A stretch of DNA of 64,000 bases from Alphaproteobacteria bacterium (GTDB lineage Bacteria; Pseudomonadota; Alphaproteobacteria; UBA828), in NCBI GenBank assembly GCA_965214705.1, contig OZ243972.1, positions 1,728,001 through 1,792,000 of the forward strand, given 5' to 3'. Below, in pieces: positions 45,179 through 55,321 of the stretch (the stretch's first letter is position 1; every line of letters begins with the position of its first letter). A program made the translations under genes and the position numbers. The notes under the pieces were generated by a model. The model did no database searches. It saw nothing but the letters and a program-made list of their open reading frames with translations, and was not told where the DNA came from.

Positions 45179-45886
45179 TCAGGCCCCGAGATAGGCGTGG
45201 CGAACGTGATCGTTCTCGTGCAAATCGTTCGCCTTGCCTTCGAGCGCGATGCGGCCGGTTTCCAGCACGTAGCCATAGCTCGCCAGCATGAGGGCCAGCT
45301 CGGCATTCTGCTCGACCAGGATCACCGGAACGCCCCGACTGTTGATATCGCGGATGATTCTCGCCACCTCCTGCACCATCACCGGCGACAGGCCCAGCGA
45401 CGGCTCGTCCATCAGGATCAACCGCGGATTGGACATGAGGGCGCGGCCGATCGCGACCATCTGTTGTTCGCCGCCACTGAGCGTCTTGGCTCGCTGATTG
45501 CGCCGTTCCCTGAGCACCGGAAAGCGCTCGTGAACGTCTTCGAGGTCACGCGCAATACCCTGTCTGTCCTTCCGCAGGTAGGCACCGGTATGAAGGTTCT
45601 GATTGACGCTGAGATCGGGAAATACCTGCCGCCCCTCCGGCACATGGGCGATGCCCATGCGCACGATCTTTTCCGGCGCCAAGCGATCGATGCGCTGACC
45701 GTCGAACCAGACGCTGCCCTTCGTCGCGCGTTTCAGCCCGGATATCGTGCGAAGCGTGGTGCTCTTGCCGGCGCCGTTGGCGCCGATCAACGTGATGATC
45801 TGGCCTTCGTCGATCGAGATCGAGATATCCGAGACCGCCTGAACGCTCCCGTGGTGGACGGTGATGTCCTTAACTTCGAGCAGCAT
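45179..45886 (-). CDS. Liv-type ABC ATPase (LivF-like)
   Basis: GANGAGKST, LSGGEQQM, DEPSLGL and VEQN. Confidence 0.92.
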   Translation of the reverse strand: MLLEVKDITVHHGSVQAVSDISISIDEGQIITLIGANGAGKSTTLRTISGLKRATKGSVWFDGQRIDRLAPEKIVRMGIAHVPEGRQVFPDLSVNQNLHTGAYLRKDRQGIARDLEDVHERFPVLRERRNQRAKTLSGGEQQMVAIGRALMSNPRLILMDEPSLGLSPVMVQEVARIIRDINSRGVPVILVEQNAELALMLASYGYVLETGRIALEGKANDLHENDHVRHAYLGA

Positions 45887-46649
45887 TGAGGCCGGTTCCC
45901 AAATAGGCTTCGATGACGTCCTTGTTGTCCTTGATTTCGTCCGGCGCGCCTTCCATCAACAGCTGACCGAAATTCACCACGGTAATTCGTTCGCAGAGGC
46001 CCATCACCGCCTGCATGTCGTGCTCGACCAGCAAGATAGTGATGCCGCTTTCGCGCACCTTCTGGATCAACTCCATCATGCTGCGCGTCTCTTCCGGGTT
46101 CATCCCGGCGAAGGGCTCGTCCAGTAGCAGCAGTTTGGGCTCCGTCGTGAGAGCGACGGCGATACCGAGGGCGCGCTGCAGGCCATGCGGCAAATTGGAA
46201 GCAAGCTCGTCCTTGCGCTCGGCGAGGCCGAGGAATTCCAGCACCTCGAGGGTCTTCGCGTCGCTCACCCGCTCGCTCGCTCGCTGGGTGTTGAACAAAG
46301 CCGAGATCATGTTGCTCTTGGTGTGGAGATAGCACCCCATCAGAGCATTCTCGAAGGTGGTGAACTCCCGGAAGAGCGTCGTCTCCTGGAATGTGCGGAC
46401 CAACCCCTTGGCGGCCACCTGATGCGGCTGCAGACCGCCAATGGACTCGCCCTGGTAGAAGATCTTGCCTGCGGTCGGCCTATAATAGCCGGTGATCACG
46501 TTGAAGACGGTGGTCTTTCCCGCCCCATTCGGGCCGATGAGCCCGTGAATGGCACCCTCTTTCAGTTCGAAACTCAACCCGTCGATGGCGGCCAAGCCAC
46601 CGAACCTCTTTTGCAGCTTCTCGACTCTGAAAAACGCCTGCTCGCTCAT
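45870..46649 (-). CDS. Liv-type ABC ATPase (LivG-like)
   Basis: GPNGAGKTT, RTFQ, LLLDEP, VEHDM and VIEAYLG. Confidence 0.92.
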   Translation of the reverse strand: MSEQAFFRVEKLQKRFGGLAAIDGLSFELKEGAIHGLIGPNGAGKTTVFNVITGYYRPTAGKIFYQGESIGGLQPHQVAAKGLVRTFQETTLFREFTTFENALMGCYLHTKSNMISALFNTQRASERVSDAKTLEVLEFLGLAERKDELASNLPHGLQRALGIAVALTTEPKLLLLDEPFAGMNPEETRSMMELIQKVRESGITILLVEHDMQAVMGLCERITVVNFGQLLMEGAPDEIKDNKDVIEAYLGTGLNAARS

Positions 46650-46887
46650 CTCGACCGGCCCGAGGTGATGTGCGCGTCGCTCACCGAGGCGCCCCTATAG
46701 GTAATGATGTCAGGTCCTTGCGCTGGTCCACGAGGCATTCGGCGACGCTCACTCTGTATAGTAATCTACGGCCTCGGACACAAATACCCGACAACCGGTT
46801 TCGTCGCCGGCCGCGCTCGCACAGGAGAAGAAGCGCACTCCGGGTGGACAGGCCCGGCACAACCACTGGCAATAGAGAGAGAATGGG

Positions 46888-48177
46888 ATGGGAAAGAAGA
46901 TCGCGGTGTTCCCCGAACCCGGTGCTATCGGTCCCGTAATGAACCTAGTGGGCATTTGCCAGGGCCTGCGGGATATGGGCCACGAACCTGTCTTCGTGCT
47001 CGAGCCCGGTCTCAAGGGTTCTGTCGAAAGCTATGGCTTCGACGAGCGCTACGTCTCCTGCATGGAGCCGATGAGCCCGGAGGCGCAAGCGGCCTACTGG
47101 GACGATTTCATGATCCGATACATGCCGACCTTCAAGACTTCGGCCTACGATCAGATCGCCACTTACGTGAAAGGCTGTTGGGAGGCGATCATCTACACCT
47201 CCGAATGGTCGGTGAAGAACGGGCTCGACAAGGTCTTTGCCGAGATCGCTCCCGATCTGATCATCAACGACAATGTCGCGCTCTACCCCGCCACGCAGCA
47301 GGCAGGCTGCCCTTGGGCGCGCATGATTTCGTGCTCGGAGAATGAGATTATCGACCCAGACATTCCGCCTCATCTGTCCGGTTGCGGCGAGAACGACAAG
47401 GAATGCTTCGCGGCCTATCGGGCGGAGTTTGAGAAAGAGCTCAAGCCGGTCCACGACGGGTTCAACGACTTTCTTGAAGCCCAAGGGTGCGAGCGACTGC
47501 CGTTCCCGGAGTTCGTGCTGCCGTCGCCATATCTCAATCTGCTGCTTTATCCCAAGCCGTTGCGCTTCACACGGCGGAACCCTCTCGATCCCGAGAAGTT
47601 CGTCTATCTCGACGGCTGCGTGCGGGAGGAAAGCGAGCCCTATGAAGTGCCAACCTTCAGGGCGAACAACGACAAGCCGCTAATCTATTTCAGCTATGGC
47701 AGCCTTGGTGTCGCCGATGTCGACCTCATCAAGCGCATCATCGGCGTGCTCGCCAACGCGCCTTATCGCGTCCTGGTCAACGTGGGAGACTACGTCGAGC
47801 AGTACGACACCCCGCCGGACAATGTGCAAATCGCATCATGGTACCGGCAGACCGCGGTACTGCCCCATGTCGATGCATTCATCCAGCATGGCGGCAACAA
47901 CAGCTTCAACGAGAGCCTCTATTTCGGTATCCCGCCCATCGTGATGCCGTTCGTCTGGGACGGCCACGACAATGCCCAGCGCGCCAATGACACCAATCAC
48001 GGCATCGGGATGCACCGCTACGACTGGACCGACGCGGAGCTTCTGGCGAACATCGAAAGGACTCTGACCGACCAGAAAATGCGGGCCAACGTCGCGGCGA
48101 CCAGCGAGTACATGCAGGCACAGAACGGCCGTATGCGTGCCGCCAACGCCATCAACGAATTGCTGGAGCGCCCATAG
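46888..48177 (+). CDS. GT1 (UDP/MGT-type) glycosyltransferase
   Basis: IYFSYGSLG and the WYRQTAVL...FIQHGGNNSFNESL...P...D UGT signature. Confidence 0.82.
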   Translation: MGKKIAVFPEPGAIGPVMNLVGICQGLRDMGHEPVFVLEPGLKGSVESYGFDERYVSCMEPMSPEAQAAYWDDFMIRYMPTFKTSAYDQIATYVKGCWEAIIYTSEWSVKNGLDKVFAEIAPDLIINDNVALYPATQQAGCPWARMISCSENEIIDPDIPPHLSGCGENDKECFAAYRAEFEKELKPVHDGFNDFLEAQGCERLPFPEFVLPSPYLNLLLYPKPLRFTRRNPLDPEKFVYLDGCVREESEPYEVPTFRANNDKPLIYFSYGSLGVADVDLIKRIIGVLANAPYRVLVNVGDYVEQYDTPPDNVQIASWYRQTAVLPHVDAFIQHGGNNSFNESLYFGIPPIVMPFVWDGHDNAQRANDTNHGIGMHRYDWTDAELLANIERTLTDQKMRANVAATSEYMQAQNGRMRAANAINELLERP

Positions 48178-48179
48178 CG

Positions 48180-48533
48180 ATGCCCGCGCACGTGTTGGCG
48201 AATGCCGCCTCGCTCGATCCGGCATCCTTCACCGACTGGGGGGAGGTCGCCAAGCCGATCGGCGAGCCGGTATCTCGCGCGAGTGGCCTGATCCTGTTTC
48301 GGAACGAGGATCGTTCGTCGGAGATGGGGCTCTGGGAATGCACGCCGGGGTGTTGGCGCTGCGAGGTCGAGAGCGACGAGTTCTTCCACGTGCTCGCCGG
48401 CCGTGCGGTTTATACGGAGGACGATGGCACGGTGACCGACATTGCCGCCGGTATGACCTGCGCCTTCCCCGCCGGCTGGAGGGGCTCGTGCGAGGTTGTC
48501 GAGACCGTGCGCAAGGTCTACATGGTGCGGTAG
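48180..48533 (+). CDS. Cupin (DUF861/Cupin_3-like)
   Basis: GLWECTPG...EFFHVLAG...FPAGWRG...VRKVY. Confidence 0.85.
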   Translation: MPAHVLANAASLDPASFTDWGEVAKPIGEPVSRASGLILFRNEDRSSEMGLWECTPGCWRCEVESDEFFHVLAGRAVYTEDDGTVTDIAAGMTCAFPAGWRGSCEVVETVRKVYMVR

Positions 48534-48644
48534 CAAAACTCTTTGCCATTGAGACGGCACGCGCGGCGTGCTCCGGTCGACGGGGCGGGAAAGTTGCGCA
48601 ACGCGATGCAAGGAAAACGGCTTCGCGCGCCGCGGGGCACGTCA

Positions 48645-49268
48645 TCAATTGCTGACGATCCTGGTCACGGTGCGGCCCTCGAGAACGTCCGCAACGTCCA
48701 CCGCCTCCAACGTGCCGTGTTCCAGAAGAGCGGTGGCGAGACTGTGAAGCTGCCCCTTGCGACTGTTTAGAATGTCGCGTGCACGGCGTTCCGCATCACT
48801 CATCAAGAGGCGCACGCCTGCCTCGGCCTCCGCGACCGTAAGGCCGGCCTCGGGACCGCCAAGCAAGTCGTATGCGATCCTTTCCGCCGCCTTGATGTCG
48901 GACGTCATCGCCTCGGTCATCGCGTCATCGCCGCTTGCGATCTCCTCGGCGATCAGACCGCCCAGAGCAATGGCGAGCTCCGCCTCCTTGCGTGCTCGCC
49001 GTGCTTCGTCGTCCAGATCGCCATCCGCTGGAACGCGGGTCACGCTGCCAAGCACGCCCCAGCGCGAGACGATGGTCACTTGCAGGATCTCCCCGCCCGC
49101 CGGGAGAGTGGCGGCGATCAGGGCATGACCGGCCTCGTGATAGGCGGTCAACCGCCGGTCTTCATCGCTGATTTTCGGGACGCGGTTCTCGGAGAGAGGG
49201 TCGATCGTGGCGGCGGCAACCAGCCCGGCCAGCAACGTAAGCACCGCAATGCCGCTGATGTTGACTTG
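48645..49268 (-). pseudogene. FtsH-type M41 metallopeptidase domain protein, 5' end cut by the insertion
   Basis: RRLTAYHEAGHA, LGGLIAEE, SDIKAA and LATALLEHGTL. The frame continues (…RLDIAQ|VNISG) beyond the element at 53581 and above. Confidence 0.7.
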
Positions 49269-49496
49269 AACGAAGCCGCTACGCGGAGTTAGCGGCGTAG
49301 AGTTCATTCATTTCCGAGGCGTCGCGGGTGCCGTTTGTTCTGTGCGTTCGCTTCCCGGTTGCGTCAGTGGCGCTCCGCCCGTCGGGTGGCGGATCCCCAG
49401 CAGCCTCCCGATCACCAGTGGTTAGCATCGACCCCTGCGACGGACCGTCGCCGGATCGGTCCGGCGGCGCGCCGTCGCGATCCAGGGAGATCGATA

Positions 49497-50375
49497 ATGA
49501 CCGGGACCGCGTGCGACACGAACACCGTCACCCCTCTTCGCCAGCGCATGGAGGAGCAGCTCCGCATCGCCAATCTGGCCGCGAGCACGTCCAAGGCCTA
49601 CATCTGCGAGATCAAGAACCTGGCCAGGTACTACGACGCCTCGCCGGACGAGCTCGACGCCGAGCAGGTGCGCCAGTGGTACCTGGGGCGGATCGACAAG
49701 GGGCTCAGTCCGGGCACGACCAACGTCTCCTTCGCCGCGCTGAACTTCCTCTACATCGACACACTCGGCTGGCCTGACCATGTCGCCGGCCTGCGCTCCC
49801 GCAAGAAGCCCGGCAAGCTGCCGCGCTACATGTCGGAGCAGGAGGTCGAGCACCTCATCCTTGCGACACCCGACCTCCGCCACCGTGCTGCCATTGTCAC
49901 CGGCTATGGCGGCGGGCTCCGCATCTCCGAGACCTTGGCCATCAAGGTCGGCGACATCCTGTCGGAGAAGAAGCTGCTGCACATCCCCTCCGGCAAAGGC
50001 GGCACCGAGAGAATGGCACCGTTGCCGGACATCGTCATCCACTACTTGCGCGTCTACTACAGGAACATCTGGCCGCGTCCGACGAGCTGGCTCTTCTACG
50101 GCGTCTCGCTCGACAGGCCCATCGCAACGGAGACCTTGCAGGCCGCCTTCAGGAGGGCGCGCGACATTGCCGAGCTCGACCGCAGCTACACCTTCCATTG
50201 CCTGCGCCATTCGGCGGCGACCCATCTCCTCGAGCGCGGCGGCGATATCGAGGTGATCCGGGACATGCTCGGCCATCGAAGCGCGAACACGACCCGTCAC
50301 TACGCCCGCGTCACCGGCAAGATGTTCGAGGGCCTCGACCACCCGATCTCAGGCTTCGCAGCGTTGCGCAACTGA
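49497..50375 (+). CDS. Tyrosine recombinase (copy 1)
   Basis: Integrase SAM-like N-terminus, GLRISE, GKGG, HCLRHS, LGH and TRHY; RBS AGGGAG before ATG 49497. Confidence 0.92.
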   Translation: MTGTACDTNTVTPLRQRMEEQLRIANLAASTSKAYICEIKNLARYYDASPDELDAEQVRQWYLGRIDKGLSPGTTNVSFAALNFLYIDTLGWPDHVAGLRSRKKPGKLPRYMSEQEVEHLILATPDLRHRAAIVTGYGGGLRISETLAIKVGDILSEKKLLHIPSGKGGTERMAPLPDIVIHYLRVYYRNIWPRPTSWLFYGVSLDRPIATETLQAAFRRARDIAELDRSYTFHCLRHSAATHLLERGGDIEVIRDMLGHRSANTTRHYARVTGKMFEGLDHPISGFAALRN

Positions 50376-50678
50376 CGGCGCGTGGAGGCCGAACGCGCGG
50401 GCGTGGCGGAGATCTTCCGCCGCGCCGGCGCCGCTTTCCGTGAGCGCCACAAAGGGCGCATCGACGCCGCCCGGCTCAAGGTCATGGGCGCCATCGAGGC
50501 GTGCCGCACCGCCGTGCTCGGCGGCCACATGTACGCCTGCGAGGGCTGCGGGCGCGAGCATCCGCTCTTCAGATACCATGAGCACGGTGGCACCGAATCG
50601 ATTCTGGCGGTTAGACAAGCTCGGAGAGAAGGCCAGCACCTTCTCTCCGAGCGGAATCGTCAACAACGGAGTGGACGG

Positions 50679-51875
50679 ATGTCGGATGGTCCAGACACGA
50701 CCGCGCTGACAGGCGCAAGTAGTAGCACGATTTATGTCGCGGTGGAGATCAGCCTCAAATCGTGGATCGTTGGCGTGCATTGCCCGGATGCCTCGGGTGG
50801 CAGCATCAGCATCCACACACTGGCTGCTGCCGACACGGCGGGACTGTTGGATCTCGTCGGGTCGGTGCGGGAACGGGTGGCGAGGGAGCTCGGCGCCCGT
50901 CCTCGGGTGATGCTGACCTACGAGGCGGGCTACGAGGGGTTCTGGCTTGCCCGCGATATCGAGCGCCGTGACGCGGAGATCGATATCTTCATGAACGATC
51001 CGGCGAGCCTGCGGGTGAACCGGCGCGCCAAGAAGAAAAAGACCGACCGTATCGACGCGAGGAGGATGGTTCGGGCTCTGAAGGCATGGGACCAAGGCGA
51101 TTCGGAGGCCATGTCCTGGGTGCGCGTGCCCGATGTGGACCAGGAGGATGCCAAGCGCCTGCTGCGCGAGAGGGACACGCTGATCAGCGAGCGTACCCGC
51201 GTCAACAACCGGATCAAAGGGCTCTTGCAGTTGCACGGCATCTTCGATCTGGCGCCGCGCAAGCCGGACTTCCTCGAACGCCTCGCGACCGCGCGGACGG
51301 GCTATGGGGCGCCGTTGCCGCCGCGTGCGCGGGCAGAGATTGAGAGGGCGGTGGGGATGCTTCGCCTGGTTGAGGAGCATATCGAGATGATCGAGGCCGA
51401 GAAGAGGGCCCTGCTGAAGGCTGGCCGGAAAGCCCAGGACGCGACCAATCGTGACGGGACGGCGATGATCGCGGCGCTTACGCGCATCCATGGCATCGGC
51501 CTCAATGACGCCACACTGCTGGCTGGCGAGGTGTTCTATCGGGACTTCCGCAATCGCCGGGAGTTGGGCAGCTGGGCCGGGTTGACGTCGGTGCCGTGGG
51601 CGAGCGGAGATGTCGACCACGATCTTGGCATCAGCAAGGCCGGCCCCTCGCATGTCAGGAAGCACATGATCCAGATGGCTTGGCGCTGGCTGAAGCTGCA
51701 ACCGGAAAGCGCGATCACGAAGTGGTTCCACGCCTACGTCGCCAGGGATGCCGGTGGCGGGAGGGACCGGCGAGCGAGGAAGCGGGCGATCGTGGGGGTC
51801 GCGCGCAAGCTGCTGATCGCGCTGTGGCGCTATGCCACCCAAGGACTGGTGCCTGAGGGCGCCATCGTCTCCTGA
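50679..51875 (+). CDS. IS110-family transposase/recombinase
   Basis: VAVEIS, YEAG and KTDRIDA (RuvC-like domain); GIG, WAGL..SG...GISKAG and ARKL. Confidence 0.92.
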   Translation: MSDGPDTTALTGASSSTIYVAVEISLKSWIVGVHCPDASGGSISIHTLAAADTAGLLDLVGSVRERVARELGARPRVMLTYEAGYEGFWLARDIERRDAEIDIFMNDPASLRVNRRAKKKKTDRIDARRMVRALKAWDQGDSEAMSWVRVPDVDQEDAKRLLRERDTLISERTRVNNRIKGLLQLHGIFDLAPRKPDFLERLATARTGYGAPLPPRARAEIERAVGMLRLVEEHIEMIEAEKRALLKAGRKAQDATNRDGTAMIAALTRIHGIGLNDATLLAGEVFYRDFRNRRELGSWAGLTSVPWASGDVDHDLGISKAGPSHVRKHMIQMAWRWLKLQPESAITKWFHAYVARDAGGGRDRRARKRAIVGVARKLLIALWRYATQGLVPEGAIVS

Positions 51876-52220
51876 GGGCACCGGCCGAACGAACGGGAAA
51901 ATACAGGAGGTTCCGACGTGGTCGGACGCGGCCGCGGAGGATGCCGGGCAAGGCGTGTGACCGGGCAAGAGTTGGGTCGCCGCTTGGCACCGTTCTACAG
52001 ATGGGTCCCGCCTCCCGGAACGTCACCACCGCTTGGATGCGGTATTGGGGTCACGGAGCCGGCAAGCGCCGGAGTTCCGAACCGGATAAGAGCTGAGCAG
52101 CGTGGCGGATCGCTGCGTGGAAACGACGTTCTGCCTGGACATCGGCCGCGGATTCGAGTGGAGAGATTGCGAATGCCATTGACGTAGATGAAGCCGGGCC
52201 TTGCGGAGAGAGCTCATAAG
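51876..52220 (+). ncRNA. Candidate bridge/seek RNA region of the IS110
   Basis: Long 3' non-coding end typical of the IS1111 group, with short segments matching the target and the predicted circle junction (see findings). Confidence 0.5.
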
Positions 52221-53535
52221 AACTCCTGCCGCAACCGCCACTGCCCCACCTGCCAGGGTCTCGCCGCCAACCTCTGGAGCGAGGAGCGCGCCGGGGACAT
52301 CCTGCCGGTGCCCTACTTCCATGTGGTCTTCACCCTGCCCAAGGAGGTTGCCGCCATTGCCTTCTGCAACCGCAGGGTGGTGTTCGACATCCTCTTCCGG
52401 GCCGTCGCCGAGACCCTGCGCACCATCGCCGCCGATCCCCGCCACGGCGGCATGCGCATCGGCGGCACCGCGGTCCTCCATACCTGGGATCAGAAGCTCC
52501 GCTTCCACCCGCACCTGCACGTGGTCGTGCCCAACGCGGGCTTCGACGTAGACAGTGGCGAGTGGAAGACGGGGAGCACCACCTTCCTCGCCCCCGTCAA
52601 GGTCCTCGGCAGCCTGTTCCGCCGCCTCTTCCTCAAGGAGCTCGCCCGCGCCCACGGCCGGGGGGACCTGGAGTTCCACGGCACCCTCGCCCACCTCGCC
52701 AATCCCGGCGAGTTCCACGCCACGCTTGCCGCCGCCCGGGCCAGGGACTGGGTGGTCTACGCCAAGCGGCCCTTCCGCGGGCCTGAGCAGGTCTTCCGGT
52801 ACCTCTCGCACTACACGCACAGGATCGCCATCTCCGACAGCCGCATCGTCTCCTTCGACGGCGAGACGGTCTCCTTCCGCCACCGAAAGCCCAAGGCGCC
52901 GGGGCAGAGAAAGCCGCGCTACGGCATCGCCACCGTGAGCGCCGACGAGTTCATCCGCCGCTTCCTGAGGCACGTCCTGCCGGACGGCATGCACCGCATT
53001 CGCTACTTCGGCATCCTCGCCAACGGCTGCCGCGCCAGCACGCTGGAGAGAGCACGCCAGGCTCTCGGCGCCCTCGGCTGCGCCGCCCCCGAGGGAAGCG
53101 TGGACGGCGCTCAGGCCGAGCCCGACGAAGAGCCCGAGATCGGCACCGCGCCCGTGGCCTGCCCCCACTGCGGCGGCGTCATGCGCCTCGTCCGCGAAAT
53201 CCGCCGCCGCCATGAGCCCCGCTCGACGCGCGGCCCGCCGGCGCTGCCGCCGACCCACAGGGGGAAACCGTGAGACGCCCGCTCGCTTCGGCCCCGCGCA
53301 ACGGCGCCAAAGCGCCGACGCACGACCGAACCTGTCTCCGCTTGAGCCGGGCTGACAGCCCTCGGCTCACACCCCGCTCAGTCCTCGCAGCGTGCGCCCG
53401 CATGCCTGCCGAAAGACCGGCGCGAGCGTCGATTTTATGCGCAACTCTGCTGCCGGTGGATGCCGCCTGACGCTGACATCAGCGCACTTTCCACATAGCT
53501 CAACTTCGCCTCTCGTGGCCCGCGGCTTCGTTCAA

Positions 53536-53577
53536 AAGGGTTGGGCAGGCTCTCGAGAGAGAGCCTGCCCAACCCTT
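53536..53577. repeat. Terminal hairpin of element copy 1 (19-bp perfect stem, loop GAGA)
   Basis: AAGGGTTGGGCAGGCTCTC-GAGA-GAGAGCCTGCCCAACCCTT. Confidence 0.92.
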
Positions 53578-53817
53578 AACCTTGGGCAATGTCCAACCGG
53601 CGCGGCACGCTCGTCTCCGGAAAAGCTCGATCCGCAGCGCAGCATACTACCTCCGCTAAACGCAGGGCACCGACGAGTCTCGGACCCCACCGACGAACAC
53701 GAGTCCGGCCATGACGTGGCAGCGGGCACCGCGTCAACCCACTCGAACTTCTCGATCAGAGCACTAGAATGCAGCGCTGTTGTCGCATCGCGCTTCACCA
53801 CGAAGGGAGAGTCTGCC

Positions 53818-55221
53818 GTGACGAAGATGTGGGGCGGTGAGCCCTATTTCGGATTGTCCTATGACTTCGATCCACAATGGTATCTGACCGATGAGCAGAG
53901 GGAGATTCAGGCCCGGCTGATCGAACTCTGCCACTCGACCATCGCGCCACATGCCATCGAATGCGACCGCGACAGCATCTTTCCGCGCAAGAGCATGGAA
54001 GCGCTCGCCTCCCAGGACCTGCTCGCCCTTCACGTGCCGAAGAAGTACGGCGGCATGGGGCAGAACCACGTCTGCGTGGCGATGGTGCTGGAGACGATCG
54101 CCCGCTACGGTTGTGCCAGCACGGCGCTGGTCTACACCATGCACTTGCTCGCGGTCAGCGCATTGCTGCTCCGCGCCGGCGGCAACCCCGAAATACAGAA
54201 GACCCTGCGGCGCATGAACCGCGACGTCTTCATCGGCACCGCGTCCTACTCCGACCCCGAGACCGGCTCGCACTTCTGGTATCCGATGGCGTCGAAGGCC
54301 GAGAAGATCGACGGTGGCTGGCGGGTCAACAAGAAGTCCTCATGGACCACGTCAGGCGGGTTCGCGGACTTCTACGTGGCGCAGACCACCAGCCCGGACT
54401 TTGACGGCGACTTCTCCGATCTCTCCGTGTTCCTGATCTACGCCGACGAGGTCGTCGCGCACCCCGCGAGCTGGGATGCGATGGGCATGCGCGGCAATCA
54501 GTCGGGGCCGATCGAGATCACGGACGTGGAGGTGCCGGCCGATCGCATGGTGGGACCGCCCGGCGACGGCGCCCGCTCGAATGACGAGGGACTGGACCCG
54601 ATCGGCCTCTTGATGCTCGCCGCGTCATACAACGGCCTCGGCATGGGCGCGATTGACCTCGCCAAGCGGCAGGTGACGCGCACGACCCATGCGGACGTGG
54701 GCATGCGCGTCTGCGACTATCCGTCCATCCAGGACTATTTCGGCGATGCCATCATGGATACCCAAGCCTCGCGCGTTTACACCTTCGCCGTCGCCCAGCA
54801 ACTCGATGCCGTCACCAACAACTGCGACTGGACGATCCACGAGGACGATCTCGACCTGCTGCCCCGGTCGGAGTTCCTGACCTGGAGCTGGAAGGCGAAA
54901 TACATCGCGAGCAAGAGCGTCTACACGGTCGCCGACCGCATGCTGAACGCCTGCGGCGGCACCGGCTACAAGAAGAGCCTCGTCGTCGAGCGCGTGGTCA
55001 GGGACGCGAAGGCCGGCTGGATCATGGGGCCGACCAACGAGGTGCTGCGCCAGTTCGTCGGCAAGTGGGCGCTCCTCGGGTTCGAATCGCTCGATTACTG
55101 GAACCAATCGGTCAACGAGCGCGCCATGAACAACGAGTTGAAGAAGCTCGACGATGATGCCAAGCGTGCCCTGATCGAGAGGCTTAGTGCCGAGCTTGCC
55201 GAAGCCGAAGCCGCCGAGTAG
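53818..55221 (+). CDS. Acyl-CoA dehydrogenase-family flavoprotein
   Basis: VPKKYGGMG, YTMH, SDPETGSH, WDAMGMRGNQSG and GGTGY...ERVVRDA; GTG start after AAGGGAG. Confidence 0.85.
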   Translation: MTKMWGGEPYFGLSYDFDPQWYLTDEQREIQARLIELCHSTIAPHAIECDRDSIFPRKSMEALASQDLLALHVPKKYGGMGQNHVCVAMVLETIARYGCASTALVYTMHLLAVSALLLRAGGNPEIQKTLRRMNRDVFIGTASYSDPETGSHFWYPMASKAEKIDGGWRVNKKSSWTTSGGFADFYVAQTTSPDFDGDFSDLSVFLIYADEVVAHPASWDAMGMRGNQSGPIEITDVEVPADRMVGPPGDGARSNDEGLDPIGLLMLAASYNGLGMGAIDLAKRQVTRTTHADVGMRVCDYPSIQDYFGDAIMDTQASRVYTFAVAQQLDAVTNNCDWTIHEDDLDLLPRSEFLTWSWKAKYIASKSVYTVADRMLNACGGTGYKKSLVVERVVRDAKAGWIMGPTNEVLRQFVGKWALLGFESLDYWNQSVNERAMNNELKKLDDDAKRALIERLSAELAEAEAAE

Positions 55222-55321
55222 CGGAGGGCTGCTCCTTCCAACCGTTAGCAGTGAACGTCCTCGTCTTCGGTGAGCACGCGAGCGATGTGCTCATCTGGGC
55301 CGTCTCTTGCGCGGCTAAAGC

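Larger units (their letters stand above)
50571..52220 (+). mobile_element. IS110-family element, IS1111-like organisation
   Basis: Boundaries defined by comparison with the empty site in copy 2 (±1 nt). No TSD. Subterminal ATGAGC/GCTCAT lie 7 nt and 3 nt from the ends. 345-bp 3' non-coding region. Confidence 0.9.
50382..53273 (+). pseudogene. IS91-type transposase interrupted by IS110 (50382-50570 + 52221-53273)
   Basis: The two parts rejoin to the intact 413-aa ORF of copy 2 (…EHPLF|NSCRNRHCP…). Confidence 0.9.
49269..53580 (+). mobile_element. Tyrosine recombinase + IS91-type element, copy 1 (with a nested 1,650-bp IS110)
   Basis: Near-identical to 59410-62071 apart from the insert; CTTG at 49265-49268 and 53581-53584. 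Confidence 0.92.

Noticed and set aside
50382-51875. 497-aa 'Zn-finger-IS110' novel fusion gene
   Set aside because: It is a by-product of the IS110 insertion into the IS91 transposase. The IS110 gene has its own ATG at 50679. Kept only as a low-interest note.
53392-53817. N-terminal extension of the acyl-CoA dehydrogenase (609-aa ORF)
   Set aside because: It derives from the element's right end; the RBS and homology point to 53818.
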